Shown: positions 16,528-27,032 of the stretch, piece after piece
Layout of the letters: each line of letters opens with the position of its first letter
Position numbering within the stretch: position 1 is the stretch's first letter
From: Nannocystales bacterium
Lineage (GTDB): Bacteria; Myxococcota_A; Polyangia; Nannocystales; Nannocystaceae
Direction of reading: 5' to 3'
Assembly (NCBI GenBank): GCA_050633305.1
Contig: JBOEGF010000027.1
Span: 95,403-159,402, forward strand
Length of the DNA stretch: 64,000 nucleotides
Made by a program: the position numbers and the translations under genes
The notes under the pieces: model-generated
What the model was told of the DNA's origin: nothing
Databases searched by the model: none
Seen by the model: only the letters and a program-made list of their open reading frames with translations

Positions 16528-18624
16528 CTATTGCGCTTCGCCTCGGCGCATTCGGAAGTTGTCGCTCGTCGCGAGCCCGACGAGCAGAGTCTGCAGCTGG
16601 TAGCCGGACTCGGAGAACGCATCCGCTGCCTCCCCGATGACATCCTCGTCGTACTTCTCAATGCCCCGGCCCAGGCCGTAGAGCATGACCTTCTCGGCCA
16701 CGCAGTGGGAGAACTCGTCGCTCGTCGCGATCAGCTCCACCATTTGCAGCGCATCCCCAAAGTCCCCGCCGATCGGAAGCGTGCCGCTCGGGTCGATGTC
16801 GTATGGACCTTCGGTCTCTCGCCACGCGCCCATGCCGTCGTAGTTCTCGAACGCCAGGCCCACGGGGTCCATCAGTTCATGGCACGCAGCGCACGCGGGG
16901 TCTTCCCGGTGCTTGGCCAATCGCTCTCGCATCGGTCCCTCATCGAACGAGGGGTCAACCGTGGTCTCGGCGTCCGGCGGCGGCGGCGGCGGCTCGATGC
17001 ACAACAGCTGGGAGACAACCCAGTGCCCTCGTTTCACGGGTGAGGTGACGTTGGGGTGCGCGAGCACGGACATCAAACCACCTGTGGTCAGCAGGCCGCG
17101 TCGCGGAGAGTCTGCAAGGCTCACCCGAACGAACTCATCGGTCCCAACCGGCGGGAGGCCGTAATAGGCAGCCAAGCGATCGTTGATGAATGTCTCCTTG
17201 CTCGTGAACAGCTCGTCGAGCCCGCGGCCTTCTTCGATGACCGCCGCGATGAGCAGCTCCATCTCGGTCCGCATGTCCTCGCGCAGCATCGTCGAGAAGT
17301 CCGGGTATGCATCCGGGTCTTTGACGAGTTCCTCAGTCAGCGCGCGGGTGTAGAGCCATTGTCCGGCGAAGTTCTCGGCGAGGGCCTTCGATTTCGGGTC
17401 GGCGAGCATCCGTTCCACCTGCTCCTCGATCACGCCCGGCTCGTTCAGCCCTCCTTGTGAGGCCAACTCGAACAGCGCATCGTCAGGCATGCTGCTCCAA
17501 AGGAAGTAGCTCAGCCGCGACGCAAGCTCATAGTCGCCGAGCAGGTGTGGCTCCAACGACTGCGGCTGCGGGTCGAGCTCAACCCGGAACGTGAAGTGCG
17601 GGGACAGAAGCACCGCCTTCATCGCGAGCTTGAGCCCATCCTCCCAGCGTTCACCGTCATCCTGGGCGTAGCTCACGAAACCGACCAACGAGGCCAGCTC
17701 TTCGTCGGTCACCGGACGACGCCAAGCCCGCTCCGCGAAGCGGCGTACGGTCGCGTCGGTGCAGCCCTCCTCCGCCTCAGCGCACTGCACGAGTTGGTCG
17801 AAGACGCCGCCCTCCCCTGCCGGGGGCTCGACATCCACGTAGTCGACCAGCAAGTTGGTGTCGATCCCCATGTCGGGGTCGAAGGTGTCGTTGGTGAACT
17901 CGACCGTGACGATGTGCGCGCCCGTGTCGAGCGCGACCTGAAACTCGTGGTCTTCGGCAGCCTCGGCCGTCCCCACGACGTCGAACGACGCCTGCTCGAG
18001 CCCGTCCACGCTCACCACCATGTTCGGCGATGGACCTGCACCCGCCTGACCGGCAGCGCGGACAAGCACCGTGTATTCGCCGTCGGTTTCGGCGGCGACG
18101 GGGACCTCGATCGTTCCGTTGGAGGAGAGGTTCCAGAAGCCACCGCAACACTCCGCGCCGACGTCGCTGCCGATCGCCTCGGCTTCGATCCTTGCGGCCT
18201 CCCCCGCAGGGGCCGCAAATGCGGCATCGAGGACTTGGTCCGCCGCCCGCTCATAGAGCTCGACCAGCAGCGGTGAGGTGTTGAGGGCGTCGGCGATGTT
18301 GTCGAAGCCGAAGGAATGGTCGTCGGCCGGAAAGACGTCGGCGGGGGAGACGTCCAATCCATAGAACAGATCGCGGATCGTGTTGTTGTACTCGGCTCGG
18401 TTCAGTCGATGCAGCGTGACCCGGCCGGGATCCGCATCTGCGTCCTCGCCATCGGTGTCCGCACCATCTGTGCCCGAGCCGTCTGCATCAGCAGGGTCTT
18501 GAGCACCGTCGGTGTCCGCGGAGGAGTCCATCCCGCTCGCCGCCGCGTCGACCTTGGCCCCTGAGTAACAACCGCCCAGCGCAATGCTGCCTGCAACAAT
18601 GATCCAACCGGTCCGCATCAACAT
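16528..18624 (-). CDS. DUF1592-type lipoprotein with inserted carbohydrate-binding-like domain and CxxCH
   Basis: Lipobox LGGC; RLNRAEYNNTIRDL, GFDN, ELASRLSYFLWSSMPD, FAGQWL, SPVKRG, CAACH. Confidence 0.9.
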   Translation of the reverse strand: MLMRTGWIIVAGSIALGGCYSGAKVDAAASGMDSSADTDGAQDPADADGSGTDGADTDGEDADADPGRVTLHRLNRAEYNNTIRDLFYGLDVSPADVFPADDHSFGFDNIADALNTSPLLVELYERAADQVLDAAFAAPAGEAARIEAEAIGSDVGAECCGGFWNLSSNGTIEVPVAAETDGEYTVLVRAAGQAGAGPSPNMVVSVDGLEQASFDVVGTAEAAEDHEFQVALDTGAHIVTVEFTNDTFDPDMGIDTNLLVDYVDVEPPAGEGGVFDQLVQCAEAEEGCTDATVRRFAERAWRRPVTDEELASLVGFVSYAQDDGERWEDGLKLAMKAVLLSPHFTFRVELDPQPQSLEPHLLGDYELASRLSYFLWSSMPDDALFELASQGGLNEPGVIEEQVERMLADPKSKALAENFAGQWLYTRALTEELVKDPDAYPDFSTMLREDMRTEMELLIAAVIEEGRGLDELFTSKETFINDRLAAYYGLPPVGTDEFVRVSLADSPRRGLLTTGGLMSVLAHPNVTSPVKRGHWVVSQLLCIEPPPPPPDAETTVDPSFDEGPMRERLAKHREDPACAACHELMDPVGLAFENYDGMGAWRETEGPYDIDPSGTLPIGGDFGDALQMVELIATSDEFSHCVAEKVMLYGLGRGIEKYDEDVIGEAADAFSESGYQLQTLLVGLATSDNFRMRRGEAQ

Positions 18625-18786
18625 CCCCAGGCCGCAGCATCACAAACGTGGCACCAAGGGACAAATGGACTCTTTGTGGGCGGAGTGACGCTGTGTGCAC
18701 TCATCCGACCCGAGGCAGCCGATTCGGGCAGGGAGCCCACATCGTTTTCCACCGGTTGCGTGATCGCTCCGCGATTCCGCGCACGC

Positions 18787-18820
18787 AAAAGCCCTCCCCC
18801 GCGAGAGCGAGAGAGGGCTT
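18787..18820 (-). terminator. Rho-independent terminator of groES-groEL
   Basis: Minus strand GCCCTCTCTC/GGGGGAGGGC stem followed by TTTT. Confidence 0.7.
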
Positions 18821-18870
18821 GGTCGGACCTGCACCGGCCTCGGAAGAGGCCGGGTCGGACCGAGAAGGGC

Positions 18871-20568
<1,698 letters not shown>

Positions 20569-20579
20569 CTACTCGAGGA

Positions 20580-20867
20580 CTACTCGAGAACTGCGAGGAC
20601 TTCTTCTTCGCGGAGAACGATGTGCTCTTCGCCTTCGAGCTTCAGCTCGGTGCCGGCGTACTTGCCGAACAGGATCTCGTCGCCGGCCTTCACGTCGGGC
20701 GAGATGCGGTTGCCGTCTTTGTCGCGCTTGCCTTCGCCGACAGCGACGACCTTGCCGCGTGCGGGCTTCTCTTTGGCGGAGTCGGGAATGAACAGGCCAC
20801 CGGCGGTCTTGGTTTCCTCGGCGACGCGCTTGATGACGAGACGATCGTGAAGGGGACGGATTTTCAT
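20580..20867 (-). CDS. groES: Co-chaperonin GroES
   Basis: MKIRPLHDR...[16 protein letters not shown]...FGKYAGTE. Confidence 0.99.
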   Translation of the reverse strand: MKIRPLHDRLVIKRVAEETKTAGGLFIPDSAKEKPARGKVVAVGEGKRDKDGNRISPDVKAGDEILFGKYAGTELKLEGEEHIVLREEEVLAVLE

Positions 20868-20986
20868 CGGATTTCGCTCTAGAATTTTTGGGGTTCGTTG
20901 AGGGAGTGTTTCGGGCGGATATGCATGCGTTGACGCACATGTGCGCAGCGCGTGAACCGCCGAAATGACTCAAGAATCTCAGGCGA

Positions 20987-21013
20987 CTAGCAGTCGAGCT
21001 GGTCGAGTGCTAG
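20987..21013 (-). promoter_or_regulatory. CIRCE-like HrcA operator
   Basis: CTAGCACTC-N9-GACTGCTAG versus consensus TTAGCACTC-N9-GAGTGCTAA, upstream of groES. Confidence 0.85.
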
Positions 21014-21021
21014 CGGCCCGG

Positions 21022-21049
21022 AGCATAAGCCGCGACCTAGGGCGGTCAA
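21022..21049 (-). promoter_or_regulatory. Candidate sigma70-type groESL promoter
   Basis: TTGACC-N16-TATGCT ending 8 nt before the CIRCE. Confidence 0.6.
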
Positions 21050-21140
21050 CCGCCCCAAATGAAAAAAATGGGGTTCAACAGTGGTCGCAAGCCGTGAGCA
21101 GACCCACAGTTTAAGGAGACCGACTGAAAGGCCGCCCCTG

Positions 21141-21731
21141 ATGACCCACGACTTTGCCAACCAGCACACCACGCTGGAGTCCTTCTTCTTCGAGGAGATC
21201 GAGCGTGCACAGTCCGAGCGCCCGCGCCGGCTGTCCACGGATGTAGAGGCCTACATCGTTGGTCTCCTGGCCCGCTACGCCACCCGTACTCATGCCGCCG
21301 GCCGAACCTCCCGACCCCTGGCCCTCGACTACCTCGAGGCCCGGGACCAGAAAGGGAGCCGCCGAGCCAAGGCACTACGGCGGGTGGGCGATCGCGCCCT
21401 GTACATCTCCGGTGTCGTCCCCCGAAGCATGACCCGCAGCCCAGTCGGGGTCGGCTACGTCAAAGGGATCGGCACCGCAGCCTATCGCGCCGTGACCGAT
21501 GCACCGACGGGAGGTCATCTCGATGTGCTGCGCCGGATCGCCGCCAACTTCGACGAGGTGGCCGAGGTGATCGGCGACGTCGCGAACCCAGCGGGAAACA
21601 CGGCGGCCAACGACGGTGGCTTGCTTGAGATCTACGAGCGGTGGCGTCTCGAGGGCGGCGACGCCGATCTGCGTCGCCTCGTCGCGGCAGGAGTCCTTAT
21701 CGACCCCGATCGGTCGGACGTCGTGCAGTGA
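21141..21731 (+). CDS. Conserved hypothetical helical protein
   Basis: ESFF...VEAYIVGLL, LRRVGDRALYISG motif, LLEIYERW; ATG 21141. Confidence 0.75.
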   Translation: MTHDFANQHTTLESFFFEEIERAQSERPRRLSTDVEAYIVGLLARYATRTHAAGRTSRPLALDYLEARDQKGSRRAKALRRVGDRALYISGVVPRSMTRSPVGVGYVKGIGTAAYRAVTDAPTGGHLDVLRRIAANFDEVAEVIGDVANPAGNTAANDGGLLEIYERWRLEGGDADLRRLVAAGVLIDPDRSDVVQ

Positions 21732-22357
21732 ACTGCGTCGCCCCAGGTGCCGTCGACCGCAAGCTTCGGGCGCTGTTCGACGGCATCGAGGCGCTCTACC
21801 AAACCCGCTCGGGCTTGGACCCCGCCGACGTCGTTCAGCGCGTCGCCGACGGCCCTCGGGAGACGTTGCTTCTGCGCGAAGACGACGATGCACTTCGGGT
21901 CGCCCTGGTGTTTGGCGACGACACGCTGCGCCTCCTCGAGCATCGGTCGCTCGACGAAGCCCTCAGCGACGCGGGACTCGGCGAGTCCCTGCCAGTCCTC
22001 GAGGGGCTCAGTCATCTGGCCTACATGGCGGAGGCGGCCCGGTGCGAGCGCCCCGTCAGTGGGCTCGAACTCGAGACCCAGGCCGAAGTCGACAAGCTTG
22101 CGCTGGTCCTGCTGCATCGCTGGCCCACCAGCGCCTCCACGTTCGAGCAACTCGTCGAGCGTCTCTACGTCCGCTTCGAACTCCTTCCCGGACCGGCCGA
22201 ACTTCAGCAGCGATACCTCGCTGCCAATCGCATCGCGCTTCGCTTTGCACGGGCCCTGCGCGAATCGGTGCGAGCCCAGCGAATCTCGGAGCTCCGCGCC
22301 ACGCTGCGACGGTTTTGGAGCCGAGATATGGACGGGAAGCGGGCGCTCGCGGCTTGA
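21728..22357 (+). CDS. Conserved hypothetical protein, translationally coupled to previous gene
   Basis: GTGA overlap at 21728-21731; EGLSH...LELETQAEVDK...RYLAAN. Confidence 0.75.
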   Translation: MNCVAPGAVDRKLRALFDGIEALYQTRSGLDPADVVQRVADGPRETLLLREDDDALRVALVFGDDTLRLLEHRSLDEALSDAGLGESLPVLEGLSHLAYMAEAARCERPVSGLELETQAEVDKLALVLLHRWPTSASTFEQLVERLYVRFELLPGPAELQQRYLAANRIALRFARALRESVRAQRISELRATLRRFWSRDMDGKRALAA

Positions 22358-22394
22358 AAGCCGAGCAACGACGCCCCTGGGGCACGGCCGGCCC

Positions 22395-23165
22395 CTACGA
22401 CCGCCACGCCGCCTGCATGGCTGCCCACGGAACGCCGTCGAGAATCTCGCTCATGCTCACCGGCGCGAAGCCGCGAATCATCCCCTGCCCTGCGGGGCAC
22501 CACGAACGCAGCGCTGCAGCGACGCGAGCAGGATCCACAGCACCGCGGCGTACGACCATGGGCTGAATCGGAAACGGTCCCAGGCTTTCGAGGACCCGTA
22601 GTCCGTCCTGCGGCATCGCTCTCCAGACGTTCGCGTCCACAGCAGCCACGTCGGCGACTCCCTCTCGAACCGCGCAGACCGACCGTGCGTGTGAACCGGT
22701 CTCCAACCACCGACCGAAGTACGCCTGTCCCCCCAGCGCGTCGACCCGGCCCAACAGCGAGCCGAAACCCGAGAGCGATGCGCGGTCATTGAATGCGGCG
22801 ACCTCTCCGCCGAGGTCATCGACTCGCGATGCGCGGTGCCTTTCTCGCACGATCACCTCACACCAGTAGTGTCCGCGTCCCTCACAGCGGGGGTCGTCAA
22901 GCACCATCGAAGCGGGAACGAGGTCCACCGAGCCCTGGGCATGCAGCCACAACATGGACGGCGCGCAGACCCAACCGAGGTCGAACTCCCCCACGGCAAA
23001 TGCGTCGTCGGCCGCGGCGCGAGGTCCCGATCCGCACCGGGCCACGTCCAGCGAGATCCGGCACGAGAGTTTCTGTTCGAGCCCCGCGACGACCTCGGCA
23101 AACAACGAACGCGGCAGCCCTGGCTCCCCATCCTCCGCTGCTAGATAGGTGACGCAGCGCAGCAT
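22395..23165 (-). CDS. PhnD/SsuA/transferrin-family substrate-binding protein
   Basis: DLGWVCAP, AFNDRASLSG, TGSHARS...ADVAAVD. Confidence 0.75.
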   Translation of the reverse strand: MLRCVTYLAAEDGEPGLPRSLFAEVVAGLEQKLSCRISLDVARCGSGPRAAADDAFAVGEFDLGWVCAPSMLWLHAQGSVDLVPASMVLDDPRCEGRGHYWCEVIVRERHRASRVDDLGGEVAAFNDRASLSGFGSLLGRVDALGGQAYFGRWLETGSHARSVCAVREGVADVAAVDANVWRAMPQDGLRVLESLGPFPIQPMVVRRGAVDPARVAAALRSWCPAGQGMIRGFAPVSMSEILDGVPWAAMQAAWRS

Positions 23166-23170
23166 GCCCC

Positions 23171-24676
23171 TCACGGTTGGACAGGGGCGGAACGCGTAGG
23201 TCGGCCGCGAATGGTCGGACGTGGGCCACGAAGTTCCACCCGCCACAGCGGCCCCGCTTCGGTCACCCGGAAACGCGACTTCAAGGTGCGGACAGGGCGG
23301 AACGTGTAGACCTCTTCCCCGGCCCGGAGAACGCGGTCGACCGCTGCGGTGCGCGGCTTCTTCCACACCGTCGCCTTCGCACAACGCTGCGCGGTCGCCT
23401 GCATGTAGATGAACACCGAGTAGTAGCGCCACTCGGTTGGGGAGCTGTAGTTGATGACCCGCGCCTCCCCCTGCACAGCGTCACACGCAGCCTCTCCGTA
23501 CTCTGAGGCCCCGGTGCTCTCGCTGAGGTCCACGGTGTCGTAGTTCTTCGGGACAAGCGACACGGGCAGCGCGACCAACAGCCAAGCGCATCGACCGAGC
23601 CACGGATGAAGCCGGCAAAGCGGCTTCGACAGAGCGTCGGCTGAGAGACCCACGCCAACACACCCGATCGCGATCGCCGGCAGGAAGAAAACGTCGAGGT
23701 CGGGGACCTTGTAGTTGAAGAACCACCACAGGTTCCCAGCGGCCGCCAGAACCACACCGGTCCCCGTCTTCGGTCGACGAACGACGAGGACCACCAATCC
23801 GACCACCGCGAGCGCGACCCCCACGACGAGCAGGTTGTCGACCCAGATGTCCCACAGCAGCTCGAGGCGCTTGTCGAAATCGTAGTCCTTGAGGAACTTG
23901 CGCTTGAACGACCCCCCGGTGGAGTTCTTTCGGAAGATCGTCCAATCGCGGGCGTCCCAGTTCTCGAACTTCCGCAGCGGGACATAGAGAAACACCAGCA
24001 ACCCACTCGCAGCGGCAAGCGCACTGAGCAACGCCAGGGAAAGCCGGGCACGGAGTCGCTCGAGCAGCATGCGCGGGCGCAGTCGCTCGGGAAGGTCGTA
24101 CGTCCACACCATCCACGCGTAGCCGACGCCAAACGTCGTGATCGACATGTGCATGCCGACGCCCAGCCCGCCCACGAGGCCAGCCAAGATCACGCCGCGC
24201 CTCCACTGTTCTTGGTGGGCGCGAACGAGGATCAGCAGTGCACCCAGGGTCATGACCAGGCCGGGCGTGTAGACCTCGGCGACGACCGCGTTGGCCCAGA
24301 AGGTCCGAGCGGTCGCCAAGACCGCCGAGCCGACCACCGCGGCCGCGATGCTCCCGCCGAGTCGGCGGACCAGCGCGTAGGTGATGGCGACCGCCCCCAC
24401 GCCAAACACCAAGCTCATCCGGTTCACGCCCAGCGCCGGCTCACCCGGCAGCCAGGTGAACAGGTGGGCCACCATCGTGTACAGCGGATAGCCCGGCGGG
24501 TGCGGCACCCCAAGGGTGACCGCATGCGCCGAGAACTCAGCGCTGTCGTACCAGTACACCGTCGGACACAGCGTCGACGCAAACAAGATCACGGTACCGA
24601 CCAGCACGGTTGCAAGGGCGATACGGTCGGGCATCGAGCGCCCCTGAGGCTCGGCGGCTGTCGTTTCCTCGGACAT
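23171..24676 (-). CDS. DUF2723 domain membrane protein (putative GT-C glycosyltransferase)
   Basis: PTVYWYDSAEF...LGVPHPPGYPLY, FWANAVVAEVY, many TM helices; ATG 24676. Confidence 0.85.
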   Translation of the reverse strand: MSEETTAAEPQGRSMPDRIALATVLVGTVILFASTLCPTVYWYDSAEFSAHAVTLGVPHPPGYPLYTMVAHLFTWLPGEPALGVNRMSLVFGVGAVAITYALVRRLGGSIAAAVVGSAVLATARTFWANAVVAEVYTPGLVMTLGALLILVRAHQEQWRRGVILAGLVGGLGVGMHMSITTFGVGYAWMVWTYDLPERLRPRMLLERLRARLSLALLSALAAASGLLVFLYVPLRKFENWDARDWTIFRKNSTGGSFKRKFLKDYDFDKRLELLWDIWVDNLLVVGVALAVVGLVVLVVRRPKTGTGVVLAAAGNLWWFFNYKVPDLDVFFLPAIAIGCVGVGLSADALSKPLCRLHPWLGRCAWLLVALPVSLVPKNYDTVDLSESTGASEYGEAACDAVQGEARVINYSSPTEWRYYSVFIYMQATAQRCAKATVWKKPRTAAVDRVLRAGEEVYTFRPVRTLKSRFRVTEAGPLWRVELRGPRPTIRGRPTRSAPVQP

Positions 24677-24729
24677 GCGCGGGGCCCGGTTGTACCAGGT
24701 CTTCGTTGACCCGAGCCCCGCCGTGGAAC

Positions 24730-25452
24730 TCAGAGTCCCAAGAACTCGGAGACGAACTCGGAGGCCGGCCGTGCGCGCAGAGCATCCAGGTCCCCGACCT
24801 GCACCACCTTTCCGCGTTCCACAACCGCAACCCGGGCGGCGAGGGCCTCGACGTCCCGCACATCGTGGGTCACGACGATCGCCGGACGGCCAAAGGCCTG
24901 CAGTCGCTCGGTGAGAAAGCGCCGCACAGCCCGTCGGGACGTCGCGTCCAACGCAGCCAGCGGTTCGTCCAGCAGCAGCAAGTTGGGCTCGAGAACAAGC
25001 GCCCGTGCGAGCGCCACGCGTTGTTGCTCTCCGCCGGAGAGGCCCTGCACCCGCCGCTCGGCCAGCGACGCGCACCCGAGTTGCCCGAGCAACGCCCTCG
25101 CCTTCTCGTGCCGTTGCGCCCGCGGCATCCGCACCGGCCCCGACGCGAGGCCAAACCCAACGTTGTCGAGGACGCCCAGGTGCGGGAACAGCCCGTAGCC
25201 TTGGGGGAGGTATCCGATTCGGCGCTCCTCCGCGGGGATGTCGATTCCCTGCGTCGAGCTGGCGAGCGTGGTTCCGGATACCGAGAGCTCGACCACCGAG
25301 GGACGGAGAACACCGGCAAGCAGCCTCAGGAAACTCGTCTTGCCACTGCCGTTGGGACCGACAAGTGCAAGGACGCCCTCGTCCCCGTCGAGTTCGACAT
25401 CGAGTTCGAACCCACCCACCCTCGCGTTGATCGCCGCCGTCCAAGCAGTCAT
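24730..25452 (-). CDS. modC: Molybdate ABC transporter ATP-binding protein
   Basis: [32 protein letters not shown] 25452 overlaps modB stop. Confidence 0.85.
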   Translation of the reverse strand: MTAWTAAINARVGGFELDVELDGDEGVLALVGPNGSGKTSFLRLLAGVLRPSVVELSVSGTTLASSTQGIDIPAEERRIGYLPQGYGLFPHLGVLDNVGFGLASGPVRMPRAQRHEKARALLGQLGCASLAERRVQGLSGGEQQRVALARALVLEPNLLLLDEPLAALDATSRRAVRRFLTERLQAFGRPAIVVTHDVRDVEALAARVAVVERGKVVQVGDLDALRARPASEFVSEFLGL

Positions 25453-26267
25453 CGAGGCCTCAGGGTCGGGCGAAGCTTCGACAGTAGACGGAGTCCCGCG
25501 AGCAGCACCATCCCCAACCCGGCAAGGAACAAGGAGAAGACCACTGCGAGGCGAACATCGGACTCGAGCGCGGTGAAGATCGCCAACGGGAGCGTCTGCG
25601 TCGTGCCCGGCATGTTTCCAGCGAAAAGCAACGTGGCCCCGAACTCTCCCAACGATCGTGCCCAAGCCAAGGACGCGCCGCTCAACAACCCGGGCATCGC
25701 GATAGGAAGGGCGACCCGAAGGAACGCTCCTGCAGGTGTCGCCCCCAGCGTCCGAGCGACCGCGATCGTGTCCCGGTCGATCTCCCGGAACGCGGATGTC
25801 GCGGCCTGAACGAAGAACGGGGCGGACACCACAACCTGGGCCAGGACCACCGCGACCGGTGTGAAGGGGATGCGGAACCCAACATCGTGCAGCGCGGGCC
25901 CGAAGACCCCCTGTGCTCCGAAGGTCTGCAGAAGAGCCACGCCCACGACCGCCGGTGGAATCACGATCGGTGCCTCGACCAACACCGACACGATGCGGGT
26001 CGCCCTCGAGGACGAGCTCGCCAACCACCAGGAGAGCGGTGTTCCCAAGACCACCGTGAGTCCCAGACTGACCACGGTCGTCTGCAGGCTCAACCGCAGT
26101 GCCCGTCCAAACAATGGGTGTCGAAGACCAGACGCGAAATCGGCCGGCGTCACGGAGGCCACCAACGCGAACAAGGGAATGGCCAGTAAGCCGACCAAGG
26201 CGGCGCCCAACAGGCCACCCGCCACAGGCACGACACGCCGAGGCCATGCGCGTCGAGGCGTGCTCAT
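25449..26267 (-). CDS. modB: Molybdate ABC transporter permease
   Basis: [39 protein letters not shown]. Confidence 0.9.
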   Translation of the reverse strand: MSTPRRAWPRRVVPVAGGLLGAALVGLLAIPLFALVASVTPADFASGLRHPLFGRALRLSLQTTVVSLGLTVVLGTPLSWWLASSSSRATRIVSVLVEAPIVIPPAVVGVALLQTFGAQGVFGPALHDVGFRIPFTPVAVVLAQVVVSAPFFVQAATSAFREIDRDTIAVARTLGATPAGAFLRVALPIAMPGLLSGASLAWARSLGEFGATLLFAGNMPGTTQTLPLAIFTALESDVRLAVVFSLFLAGLGMVLLAGLRLLSKLRPTLRPR

Positions 26268-27028
26268 CGACCCCCCGCCAGGAACCCATGCGTCGCGAGG
26301 ACTGCTTGGCCGGGGACGGACAGGACGTGCTGAGCGAATCGCCGGCCCGCTTCGCCGTGCGGGGCGTCACCGAGCACACCGATCGGGAGCTCGACCGGAA
26401 CCGCGACCTCAGCGGGGATCTCGGTCACGCGCAGACTCGGCGTATGGACGGTGTCGGTCCGGTACACCAGTGCTGCGTCCGCTTCACCGAGCTCGACCTT
26501 GGCACGCACCAAACGGACATTGCTCTCCCGCGACACCACATGAGCACGCACGGACGCGGAGAACACCGCATCGCTGCGATCCAGGACCGCATCGGCGTAA
26601 CGCCCCGCAGGAACGGCGGCCGAGCCCAGCACGATGCGCCTCGCCTGCTCGAGGTCGTCGAAGCGATGGATGCCCGCTGGGTTGTCCCCCGGTACGACGA
26701 CCACGAGTTCGTTGTGTGCGAACACGGCGTGGGACTCCAGCCGCCCGCGCTCATCCAGAGCCTCCATCTGCTCCGGATCCGCCGAGGCAAACACGTCGGC
26801 CGCTGCGCCTTGCTCAATCTGCAGACGGAGAACATGGCTCCCCGCGAAGGAGAGGCGAACATCGATACTGGGGTGTTCGCGTTCGAACGTCTGCTCGAGT
26901 TCCGTGAAGGCCTCGGTCAACGACGAAGCCGCAAAGACAGACAGCGGCACCCGCTTCGACGCCTCGCTCCCACACCCACCCAGCAGGAGTGAAAGGACGA
27001 CGACCGAGCGCGGGAGAAGCCGAGGCAT
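26264..27028 (-). CDS. modA: Molybdate ABC transporter substrate-binding lipoprotein
   Basis: Lipobox [35 protein letters not shown]. Confidence 0.9.
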   Translation of the reverse strand: MPRLLPRSVVVLSLLLGGCGSEASKRVPLSVFAASSLTEAFTELEQTFEREHPSIDVRLSFAGSHVLRLQIEQGAAADVFASADPEQMEALDERGRLESHAVFAHNELVVVVPGDNPAGIHRFDDLEQARRIVLGSAAVPAGRYADAVLDRSDAVFSASVRAHVVSRESNVRLVRAKVELGEADAALVYRTDTVHTPSLRVTEIPAEVAVPVELPIGVLGDAPHGEAGRRFAQHVLSVPGQAVLATHGFLAGGR

Positions 27029-27032
27029 GGAC

